This document shows positions 19,928 to 28,519 of a stretch of DNA of 64,000 nucleotides, one piece after another. The stretch is taken from assembly GCA_048939995.1 (NCBI GenBank), contig JBHLOY010000003.1:128001-192000 (forward strand), given 5' to 3'. The notes under the pieces are model-generated. The model was not told the origin of the DNA, did no database searches, and saw only the letters and a list, made by a program, of their open reading frames with translations. Both the position numbers and the translations under genes were made by a program. Origin of the DNA: Promethearchaeota archaeon. Its GTDB lineage: Archaea; Asgardarchaeota; Lokiarchaeia; Sigyniarchaeales; SOKP01. Each line of letters opens with the position of its first letter. The first letter of the stretch is position 1.

Positions 19928-21250
19928 TTATTTTTTGATTAAAGTTTCCTTTACCTTTAAGAAAAGAGGAATAGATCCTAAAAAGAAAATTGGTGCGAAT
20001 ACAAATACAAATGATTCTGGTATGATACCAACTACTAACATATATGTAGCAACTAAACCACCTACTATAGAACCAATTATCTGCGAGAGAGTACGTATAA
20101 TATTTAACAATCCAAGGAACTTTCCTCTTTCAAATTCAGGTAATAAATCTTGCGACCATGCATTCATTGGGGTTTCTAAACCCAAAATGCCGATAAGTAT
20201 GAATGGAAATAATATCAGTAATAAAATTAAATTGATTGATGTTCCTAGTTTAACAAAGGGAATATAGATCATTGCCATTGATATAATGTATATTGAAAGT
20301 GGAATATATACTCGACGACCATGCTTATCGCTAAGATTTCCTAATATTGATATAGCTATAAATAGTACAATGAAGGAAATAAGAACTAAAAAGACCAACT
20401 CAATTGTAGTTAATCCTAAAGCGAATATCCATATAAACAAAAAAGGCATAATTGTAGATATTCCTGTTCTATATACTGTGAGCGCAATTACTAATTTGAA
20501 GAATTCCTTGTTTTCTCTTAATTTTTTCATATTAAAAATTTCTTTAAATTCAGTAAAAAATCCACTTTTGGGAGGTAATTCTTCTACAGATTTCTCCTTT
20601 ATAAACAAAAATCCTATAAGCCCTGTAATGCATATACTTATCCCACCAACAGCTAAAGTAAAAATATGACCCGTCTGTCCAATAAAAGTCCCCTCAGGTG
20701 TTTCTACTCCAAAAATCAAGTCTGCTACAAGGAATGAAGCTACGGCTAGTAATAATCCGATATTTCCTATAATATTCACAATACCATTTGCCCTTCCCCT
20801 TTTTTCTAGCTCAACTAAATCTGGAATAAGAGCGCGTTCAGATACATAATATGCATTTGATGTAATTCCAATTATTATGACATCTAAAATAATACATATT
20901 ATATAGGCAATTATGACATTTCCACCAGCAAGATTAATCGAAAAAGCAAATATTATCATTGAAACCCCTGAAATAATTCCATAGAGTAAAAATGGACGAC
21001 GTCTACCAAATTTTCCCCTTGTATTATCACTTTTTATTCCCCACATTAAATTTGTGACCAATCCCACTACTGCTGATAAACTAACCATTAGAGTAATGAA
21101 TAAAGGTTCCAAAAATAAAACTTGATCTAAATATGTATTTAAATAATTTTGCTCAAAGAAACCAAAGATTGTCTCGCCTGCTAAAAGAAGTCCTATTAAA
21201 TAAACTTGATTTCGCAAGAAATTGCTAAACACTTTTTCCCTTTTTCCCAT
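19928..21250 (-). CDS. MFS transporter, glycoside/sugar (GPH/SUC-like) type
   Basis: SDNTRGKFGRRRPF and LSDKHGRR motifs; ~12 TM. Confidence 0.85.
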   Translation of the reverse strand: MGKREKVFSNFLRNQVYLIGLLLAGETIFGFFEQNYLNTYLDQVLFLEPLFITLMVSLSAVVGLVTNLMWGIKSDNTRGKFGRRRPFLLYGIISGVSMIIFAFSINLAGGNVIIAYIICIILDVIIIGITSNAYYVSERALIPDLVELEKRGRANGIVNIIGNIGLLLAVASFLVADLIFGVETPEGTFIGQTGHIFTLAVGGISICITGLIGFLFIKEKSVEELPPKSGFFTEFKEIFNMKKLRENKEFFKLVIALTVYRTGISTIMPFLFIWIFALGLTTIELVFLVLISFIVLFIAISILGNLSDKHGRRVYIPLSIYIISMAMIYIPFVKLGTSINLILLLILFPFILIGILGLETPMNAWSQDLLPEFERGKFLGLLNIIRTLSQIIGSIVGGLVATYMLVVGIIPESFVFVFAPIFFLGSIPLFLKVKETLIKK

Positions 21251-21337
21251 GTTTAATCCTCCATTAACTATTTAAGGAATAAGTTTTAATTTTATTTTGA
21301 TTTTATTATTTAAAAGGATATCTTTTTAACACAAAGG

Positions 21338-22231
21338 ATGCTAAAAAAAGTCGTAATCTCTGCCAGAGAAGATCATGAAATAATAAAACGTGTAATAGGA
21401 AAATTAAGCAAGTTAAAAGAAATTGAACTTATTACTCATGATCCTAAAAAGGATTATTTCACCCTTTCAAGTATGCCTACATCATTTAAAGAAGCTGATT
21501 TAATTATTGTAAAGGTTAGAAATGAATGTTCAATTGATCTCCTTCACTTTGCTAAGATTTATAATATTCCAACACTTCATGATGTAGATACCGTTCTAAT
21601 GTGTAAAAATAAAGTTTCTCTTGACTTTTCTTTGCGAGAAGCGTTTGTTAAACATCCTACACTTAATAGATATTTTTCTCTGCCACATTCTTGGAACCAA
21701 AATGTATCTGATATATTACAATTTAAGGATTGGGCGGCCTCTAAACTACCATTCGTTATAAAAAGCCATTATCAGCATGATAAGAATAATCGATTTAATT
21801 TTTTGGTAAGAGAATTAAATGAAATCGATATATTTTGTAAAAAGTACGCAGAATTCCTGTATTATGATGTATATATACAAGAATTCATAGAAAGCGATGG
21901 TATTGAAAGGAAAATCTATGTGGTAGGTGATAAAATCTATGGTATCCAGAGAGAAAACCCCTTATATATCTACTTACGAGAGAAACCGGAAAATATTAAT
22001 GTTGAAAAAATTCCTAGACAAGAATTTAAAATAACAGAGAGTATTAGAACATTAGCGAGAATTTTAGCAAAAGAATTAGACGTAAAAATATTCGGATTTG
22101 ATCTTATTCGTCCTCTAAGTAAAAGAAAGTATTATTTAATTGATTTAAATGATTTTCCAGGATTTATGGGTATTCCAAATATAGAAGATGCAATAGTAGA
22201 ATACATTAAAAATTACATTTCAAATATTTAA
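21338..22231 (+). CDS. ATP-grasp inositol-phosphate kinase, ITPK1-like
   Basis: LPFVIKS, YIQEFIESDG.ERKIYVVGD, IFGFDLI and YYLIDLNDFPGF motifs. Confidence 0.78.
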   Translation: MLKKVVISAREDHEIIKRVIGKLSKLKEIELITHDPKKDYFTLSSMPTSFKEADLIIVKVRNECSIDLLHFAKIYNIPTLHDVDTVLMCKNKVSLDFSLREAFVKHPTLNRYFSLPHSWNQNVSDILQFKDWAASKLPFVIKSHYQHDKNNRFNFLVRELNEIDIFCKKYAEFLYYDVYIQEFIESDGIERKIYVVGDKIYGIQRENPLYIYLREKPENINVEKIPRQEFKITESIRTLARILAKELDVKIFGFDLIRPLSKRKYYLIDLNDFPGFMGIPNIEDAIVEYIKNYISNI

Positions 22232-22232
22232 C

Positions 22233-23081
22233 TTATGCTGTAATTAATGAAACTGGGAATATTACTAGCCAAGCTATAATCCCATATAGTATGCAAAAGT
22301 ACCCAAATTGAACTTTTTTTGAAATTCTGATTAAAATTTCCATTGAAAGATAACCTACTATAAAGCTGACGATAGTTACTATTATTATTGTTAATGGATC
22401 TAAGACACTGAGCATGTATCCTCCTCCAAACAAAATATCAACCACAATAGAAGCTAAGGCAACAGGAACAGACATCAAAAAACTTAATTTTAATGCATTT
22501 TCTTGTGTATACTTCTCAAGCAATATCGTCGAAACTGTGAAACCTGACCGGGAAACTCCTGGTAAAATAGCAAAACCTTGAGATAAACCTGCAAGAAGTG
22601 AATTTTTTATGGTTTCCTTGCCTGTGGTGTTTTGAATCTCCTTTGTGCCATATATCTTTTTAATTCTTAGTAAAAAAATCCCAGTTATTATTAAAAGTCC
22701 AGAAATTATTAAAGTTAAAATATCTCCCTGAGAAGAGGTAAATCCTCCTAAAATGATGAGTTGGAAAAGAAAATATAACGGTAAAGCAGTAATTGCGGTT
22801 CCAATTGTACCGATTATTAACCAATTTCTTTTTTTTATACTATTATCATCACTAATCGACCATTTAGGTAAGATAGTTTTAGCAATATTAAAGTAATCTT
22901 TTCTAAACTTAACTATAACTGCAAAAGTAGTTCCTAAATGTAACCAAATTGAAAGACTGAATGCTACATCTGGTGAGACGTCAAATAGATTCAATGAAAT
23001 AATCATTACCTGACCTGAAGATGATATTGGTAACCATTCAAAAAGACCCTGTAAGATTGCGATAATTATCAATTCAATCAT
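22233..23081 (-). CDS. uppP: Undecaprenyl-diphosphate phosphatase (BacA/UppP)
   Basis: QGLFEWLPISSSGQ, LHLGT and QGFAILPGVSRSGFT motifs. Confidence 0.92.
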   Translation of the reverse strand: MIELIIIAILQGLFEWLPISSSGQVMIISLNLFDVSPDVAFSLSIWLHLGTTFAVIVKFRKDYFNIAKTILPKWSISDDNSIKKRNWLIIGTIGTAITALPLYFLFQLIILGGFTSSQGDILTLIISGLLIITGIFLLRIKKIYGTKEIQNTTGKETIKNSLLAGLSQGFAILPGVSRSGFTVSTILLEKYTQENALKLSFLMSVPVALASIVVDILFGGGYMLSVLDPLTIIIVTIVSFIVGYLSMEILIRISKKVQFGYFCILYGIIAWLVIFPVSLITA

Positions 23082-23563
23082 AAATCTTCAATATAGTTTT
23101 TTAAACCCTTTAATAAACAATCAATAATTTCATCTCTAGCAACCCTAAACCCGCGTAATTCTTTCATAGATGGATCTTCGATGTCTCCAGAATCACCGGC
23201 AAATTCTTTTAACGTTACAATTACTTTATTACTTTTTTTGACGTATTTTTGAATTTCTTCACTATGATTCTGGGTTAGCGTAAGTATTAGATCAGAATCA
23301 TAAATTAAGTTAGGATGTCTTTTCAAGTCTATTGAAAGCGAATTATCTGGTAAATCAATTCCTATTTCTTTCATGGCTAATTTAGCATCAAGAGATATAA
23401 GCATCCCATCTCTTGCATTTGAAGATATCCCCCCAGACATAACATTTATATCTAGATTATATTTCGAAAACAAATTCTTTAAGAAACCAACTGCCATGGG
23501 GCTTCTGGCTGTATTCACACTGCAAACGATTAATATATTTTTATAAGGAAAGTTAGTCTTCAT
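23078..23563 (-). CDS. Low-molecular-weight phosphatase (LMW-PTP/ArsC fold)
   Basis: VCSVNTARSPMA P-loop (CX5R) and DIEDP motif. Confidence 0.88.
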   Translation of the reverse strand: MKTNFPYKNILIVCSVNTARSPMAVGFLKNLFSKYNLDINVMSGGISSNARDGMLISLDAKLAMKEIGIDLPDNSLSIDLKRHPNLIYDSDLILTLTQNHSEEIQKYVKKSNKVIVTLKEFAGDSGDIEDPSMKELRGFRVARDEIIDCLLKGLKNYIEDL

Positions 23564-24233
23564 AAAAACTCCCTATATTAACAAATTTCACATTCTTTTT
23601 TTTCATATTTTCTAAAGAATTTGAAATATTACCCGGAGGGATATCTATCCCTCTTGTTAAATCTATCAATAAATATCCTTCGAATCCAAAGTCAAGACCA
23701 TCCATAGCTGTAAAATAACAGCAGTAGTCTAATGCTAAACCACAAATAAAAATTCTCTTGATATTTAAAGACTTTAAATAACCTGCTAATCCAGTTTCAG
23801 ATTTTTTATCATTTTCAATAAATCCAGAATAACTATCAATCTGAGGATTATAACCTTTACGGATTATCGCATAAGCTAAATCTGTTTTTAGTTTACTATG
23901 GAAATCTGCCCCCCTTGAACCTTGTACGCAGTGATCAGGCCATAAAACAGGCCCAATCGCTTCAGTTTGATATAAATCTCCAGGATTTTTTCCTGGATGA
24001 TTACTTGCGAATGATAAGTGTTCTTGAGGATGCCAATCTTGGGTTAATACAATTATGGCATTACTTTTTTTAAACTTGCCTGCTAAAAGGTTGATATCAT
24101 TAATTATTTGGTCCCCTTCCTTAACTGGTAATGCTCCACCCGGCATAAAATCGTACTGCATATCCACGATAATCAACGCATCATCCTGATTAATTTCAAT
24201 ATTACTTATAACTTCTATATCCTCAATATCCAT
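23553..24233 (-). CDS. pncA: Nicotinamidase/pyrazinamidase
   Basis: VDMQYDFMPGGAL, TQDWHP, WPDHCVQGS.GA and GLALDYCC motifs. Confidence 0.93.
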   Translation of the reverse strand: MDIEDIEVISNIEINQDDALIIVDMQYDFMPGGALPVKEGDQIINDINLLAGKFKKSNAIIVLTQDWHPQEHLSFASNHPGKNPGDLYQTEAIGPVLWPDHCVQGSRGADFHSKLKTDLAYAIIRKGYNPQIDSYSGFIENDKKSETGLAGYLKSLNIKRIFICGLALDYCCYFTAMDGLDFGFEGYLLIDLTRGIDIPPGNISNSLENMKKKNVKFVNIGSFYED

Positions 24234-24307
24234 AAAAATCGTAACTTATTTGTTTTAAATAAAAAAAGTTGGATATATAATTAAATTTTTGACTCTTATT
24301 TAGAAGA

Positions 24308-24922
24308 TTAATATTTTTTATAAAGTAAAAATATTGACGTATAGAATACGGATATCATAATTCCAAAAAATGCTATCCACTCTAAGATGGACCATCTTAG
24401 AGTCATGTAAATGCAAATTATTATCGCAACAATAAAGCTCAAATAAGCTTGGACCCTAACAAATTTCAAACTCTTAAGGAATAAATAACCGTATAATAAA
24501 AATATGATAGTAGTACTAACAAAAAAGATAAGAGCTAAGAGACCATGAATCGTTAAAATTACAAGATTTTCAGGGTAAGCTGGAAAAACACCTATTAAAG
24601 ATAAAGCAATACTATCTACAATTGAGATGCTTACTACTCTCTTTTTTAAATTATTATTGACATTTTCTCCATCTACTGCTTTTCCTAAATTAATATTGAA
24701 AGGTATAGCAAAAAGACCAGAAATAATTAAACTTAAATTAAAGTAAATTCCCCCTGGACTAAGTGCTAAGTGGCTTATATTATAATCTAATATGGAATAT
24801 CCTGGAAATGAAAAAATTGCAATAAGATTCCCAAGAAGCATTACTCCTACAGATAATAAACCATAAGAACCTCTGGGAATAGCTTTATAAAGTTGAGATA
24901 AACTTTGAGTTAAATTTATCAT
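24308..24922 (-). CDS. DUF998-like membrane protein
   Basis: FPGYS...ISHL...YFN, IGVFP, IHG and LEW motifs. Confidence 0.65.
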   Translation of the reverse strand: MINLTQSLSQLYKAIPRGSYGLLSVGVMLLGNLIAIFSFPGYSILDYNISHLALSPGGIYFNLSLIISGLFAIPFNINLGKAVDGENVNNNLKKRVVSISIVDSIALSLIGVFPAYPENLVILTIHGLLALIFFVSTTIIFLLYGYLFLKSLKFVRVQAYLSFIVAIIICIYMTLRWSILEWIAFFGIMISVFYTSIFLLYKKY

Positions 24923-25017
24923 AAACTTCTATAATATTTACAGAAATTTAAAGGGATCTTATTGAATTCAAAAATATTCATAAGACTTAATTAAATAATA
25001 TTATTATGTCATATTAA

Positions 25018-25088
25018 GCGCTCGTAGTATAGAGGTAGAATCTCGGATTCCCATTCCGAGGACCCGGGTTCAAATCCCGGCGGGCGCA
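25018..25088 (+). tRNA. tRNA-Gly(CCC)
   Basis: Cloverleaf: acceptor GCGCTCG/CGGGCGC, anticodon arm TCGGA-TTCCCAT-TCCGA, T arm CCGGG-TTCAAAT-CCCGG. CCA is not encoded. Confidence 0.95.
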
Positions 25089-25102
25089 TATTTGTAGAAA
25101 AA

Positions 25103-27292
25103 TTACCATGAAAGCCCTTTATTAAAGCGTAGATTACTTATTATTGAATTAGCTTCATGATCCGGAACTTCCATAAAAGAATAAAATTCATTTTGCCAGA
25201 AAGCTCTTCCAGAAGTAGCAGATCTAATATCTTCAGCGAATTTTATTGAATTCCTGACAGGAATAAGGATTTCAATTATCGCTTGATATTCCTTATCCTG
25301 GTTTATATTTTTAATTTTAGCAGAATATTTTGTAAGTAAAGATAAAACGCTCTTTATATAATCTGGAGGAAGTTGGATAATGCTATGGTATATTGGCTCA
25401 AGTAATATCAATTCTGCTTCATTTAGAGCTTTCTTTATACCCTCGTATAAAAGAGTTGATAATTCAGTGAATGCATTCTCTTCATTTAAATTATTTATTG
25501 TTAGATTTTCTATTAGAATTTTAAGTTCAGTAAGTTTTTCTCCGCAAAGTGGCCCATTCAACTGAATTTTTTCAAAACTTTCTATAATAGTATCTTTGAA
25601 AAAAGTACTAAAAGTATCTGCTCCATGATAAATTAATAGATTTTGGTCATCATCAAATTTCCAAAAATTTTTTATTTCATCCTCCTTCAAATTTGTTTTT
25701 TCTAATAAAACATCCTTGAGAGCATCCAATGGCTTAAAGGAACCAATATTTATTGATTGTAAAAATCGAGCAGTTTTAGGATCTAGTCTCTCAATTTTAA
25801 TTGATAATGTATTCTGGTTGTTTGGTGAATTTACAGTGATAAAAGAGGAATGATATCTACAAGATTCTTTAAAAACCGCTCTTGGTTCTGAAATCGATAC
25901 ATTCACACCTCTTTTTTCAATTTCTTTTGCTGTAACTTCAAGGTGCAATGGCCCCATACCCGATAATAAGAATTCACCATTTTCCTCATTTATTTCAAAC
26001 CTTAAGTTTGGATCCTCAATTAACAAGATTTCAATTAACTCTCTCATCTTATCTAAATTTCTAAGGTATTCCGGTTCGATGGATACGGTCACTACGGGGG
26101 TTGTTACGTATTTTACTTCCTCAAATGGAATCATTTCTTCTTTATATTTGCTTTCAACAATGGTTTCGCCACTTCTAATCTTTTTTAATCCCTCTATTGC
26201 TACAATATTTCCAACAAGAACCCGATCAACTTGTTCTCTTCTCTGTCCCATGAAAATAGCTGTTCTTTGGATAGTAGCATAATCGTTTTCCCTTAAAAGA
26301 AAAATTTCTTCTTTTTTTGAACAGATACCAGAGAAAATTCTTCCAGTTGCTACTAAATTTTGCTTATCAACTTGTACCTTACTTAAACAAATGACTAACG
26401 GACCATTTGGATCACAATTCTTCATAGCTCTTCCTATTTCTACATTAATATCACCGTCCCAGATTTTATCTATCCGATAACTCTGTGCATCTATAGGATT
26501 AGGAAGATGATCCACAACCATTTCTAATATTGCTCTGTGAATTGGAAAGTAGCTTGCTAAATCTGAATATGTTTTTTTAGAATAAGTCTCCTTTTTATAT
26601 CTAGCTCTTATGTCATTAAATTTAAGATCGCTTTCCTCTAACATTTTTAGAGTAAACCCCCATTTATGGAGAGCAGATCCAAAAGCAACATTTCCGCTAG
26701 CTGGAGATACTTGCCATTCTTTTTTAAATTCTTTGTCTGCAAATCTTTCAATAAGTGTATTAAAGTCATTTATTATTCGTGTATACTTCTTTCGTATCTG
26801 TTCGTCATTTAATTTCAATTCTCGAATAAGACGATCTACTTTATTAATAAATAGAATAGGCTTAACACACTCTTGTAGTGCTTGTTTAATCACTGTTTCT
26901 GATTGGCTAATAATTTCTTCGACAGCATCAACTACGACCACAACACCGTCTACAAGTCTTAAGGCTCTTGTTACTTTACCACTAAAATCTAAATGTCCAG
27001 GGGTATCTACTAAATTAATTAAAAAAGGTTTGCGTTTTTCTAATGTTTTTTCATAATATAATGAAATATTAGCTGATTTCATTGTAATTCCACGTTGTTG
27101 CTCTTCTTCTAAATAATCAAGTGCTCTGGCTTCTCCCGCTAATTCTGGTGACAAAAAACCTGCTTCACTTAATAATGAGTCAGATAAGGTAGTTTTTCCA
27201 TGATCAATGTGACCTACTAATCCAAAATTTCTAATATTTTCAGTCTGTTCCATCATTCGTAATATATCTGTAATTTCCTTTCTACGTGGCAT
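25103..27292 (-). CDS. Archaeal elongation factor 2 paralog (aEF-2p-like, lacks the diphthamide His motif)
   Basis: GHIDHGKTT, RGIT, DTPGH and NKVD G-motifs and the EF-2 domain order. The domain IV loop reads NNLNEENAFTEL in place of the canonical ...HRG.... Confidence 0.88.
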   Translation of the reverse strand: MPRRKEITDILRMMEQTENIRNFGLVGHIDHGKTTLSDSLLSEAGFLSPELAGEARALDYLEEEQQRGITMKSANISLYYEKTLEKRKPFLINLVDTPGHLDFSGKVTRALRLVDGVVVVVDAVEEIISQSETVIKQALQECVKPILFINKVDRLIRELKLNDEQIRKKYTRIINDFNTLIERFADKEFKKEWQVSPASGNVAFGSALHKWGFTLKMLEESDLKFNDIRARYKKETYSKKTYSDLASYFPIHRAILEMVVDHLPNPIDAQSYRIDKIWDGDINVEIGRAMKNCDPNGPLVICLSKVQVDKQNLVATGRIFSGICSKKEEIFLLRENDYATIQRTAIFMGQRREQVDRVLVGNIVAIEGLKKIRSGETIVESKYKEEMIPFEEVKYVTTPVVTVSIEPEYLRNLDKMRELIEILLIEDPNLRFEINEENGEFLLSGMGPLHLEVTAKEIEKRGVNVSISEPRAVFKESCRYHSSFITVNSPNNQNTLSIKIERLDPKTARFLQSINIGSFKPLDALKDVLLEKTNLKEDEIKNFWKFDDDQNLLIYHGADTFSTFFKDTIIESFEKIQLNGPLCGEKLTELKILIENLTINNLNEENAFTELSTLLYEGIKKALNEAELILLEPIYHSIIQLPPDYIKSVLSLLTKYSAKIKNINQDKEYQAIIEILIPVRNSIKFAEDIRSATSGRAFWQNEFYSFMEVPDHEANSIISNLRFNKGLSW

Positions 27293-27381
27293 TACAATAA
27301 CCTGGTTACTTTGAAAATAATTTAATAATATTCAATTATACTTTTGATTAAAATTTTAGGATTATAGTCATTTAAAGAAGA

Positions 27382-27484
27382 GCGGGAAATGATAATTCTC
27401 ATAACTCAAGATCATCTTCATGAAATTGATAATTAATTATCAATTTTCAGTTGGGTCAGAGTTTTCAACGAAATCATTTCCCGC
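27382..27484 (-). ncRNA. Candidate box C/D-like guide sRNA / double K-turn hairpin
   Basis: 12-bp terminal inverted repeat GCGGGAAATGAT/ATCATTTCCCGC. On the minus strand: D' CUGA, 24-nt palindromic stem, C' AUGAAGA, 12-nt guide, D-like AUGA. Confidence 0.55.
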
Positions 27485-27502
27485 ATGATATTATTAATTT
27501 AC

Positions 27503-28138
27503 TTAAATTTTAACTTCTCCATCAATTTTAACAATTCTCCCATCAATATGCAATCTTCCATCACAAAATAACTCAATAGCTTTGGGGAATATTTTATGCT
27601 CCCATTCTAAGACTCTAGAACCTAAGGTTTCCTCAGTGTCAGTGTCATATACGGGAACACACTTTTGGATGATAATAGGTCCGTGATCTGCATGAACATC
27701 TACAAAGTGAACTGTAGCACCAGAAATCTTGACACCATATTCTAAAGCATCTTTATGAGCATGCATTCCTTTGAAGGCGGGTAATAAAGCAGGATGTATA
27801 TTCATAACGCTCCCATTAAACGTTTCAATGAATAATGGACTTACAAGTCTCATGTATCCTACTAAAATTATTAGATCACAATCGTATTTCTTTAGTACAT
27901 TAATCATTAATTGGTCAAAATACTCTCGTGGTTTATCTAAATATTTATCTGATTCTATTAATACAAAAGGAATATCATGCTTTTTTGCTCGCTCTATGCA
28001 ATATGCGTTTGGTTTATTACAGATAAGTATATCCACTGTAGCCTTTCCTTTCAAAATCCCATTTTCACATGCTATTACTATTGCTTCAAAATTACTTCCA
28101 GACCCACTTGCTATTGCACCTATCTTTACTATTTCCAT
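27503..28138 (-). CDS. purN: Phosphoribosylglycinamide formyltransferase
   Basis: SGSGSNFEA, LVGYMRL, NIHPALLP, GATVHFV and D.GPII motifs. Confidence 0.95.
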   Translation of the reverse strand: MEIVKIGAIASGSGSNFEAIVIACENGILKGKATVDILICNKPNAYCIERAKKHDIPFVLIESDKYLDKPREYFDQLMINVLKKYDCDLIILVGYMRLVSPLFIETFNGSVMNIHPALLPAFKGMHAHKDALEYGVKISGATVHFVDVHADHGPIIIQKCVPVYDTDTEETLGSRVLEWEHKIFPKAIELFCDGRLHIDGRIVKIDGEVKI

Positions 28139-28519
28139 AATAATCAGAAATTTCTATAATAATAAAACCTTTATATCTAATAGAGTTTCAATTGCTTAAT
28201 AATAATATAAATCATAACGATTGGCCTATGAAAAGCCTCATTACATTATAATGAAAATGTTTTTATTTGATTAACTTATATATAATATGTATCTTAGAAG
28301 TTAGAAGTCATTTATTCTTATATTTGATCTTTTAAATTTATCTCTTATTATCTAAGAGAAGTAAGAACTAATTATAGATTATTATTCAAATATCCATAAT
28401 ATTCATGTGTTAAAGATTTAGAAATAAGATTTAATTGAGATTTATTAAAAACTCATTAGAGAATAATTAATATTTGGAAAATCCTAAATAAAAAACTATT
28501 TTAAAAGAATTGAAGTATT

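Noticed and set aside
13563-22231. ATP-grasp genes as a RiPP (graspetide) or RimK/LysX peptide-ligase cluster
   Set aside because: No precursor peptide or LysW-like carrier was seen. The C-terminal D.N.FP motifs (Asp rather than the Glu of RimK EVN..P) and ino1 linkage favour ITPK1-like kinases. Not fully excluded for 13563..14360.
27382-27484. Possible SECIS element (AUGA...GA) in the hairpin
   Set aside because: No adjacent gene has an in-frame UGA, and helix II geometry fits poorly. The box C/D K-turn reading fits better.
28139-28519. Long AT-rich intergenic region with short hairpins (e.g. TCTCTTA-TTATC-TAAGAGA)
   Set aside because: Consistent with a divergent promoter region; such short AT-rich stems are expected by chance.
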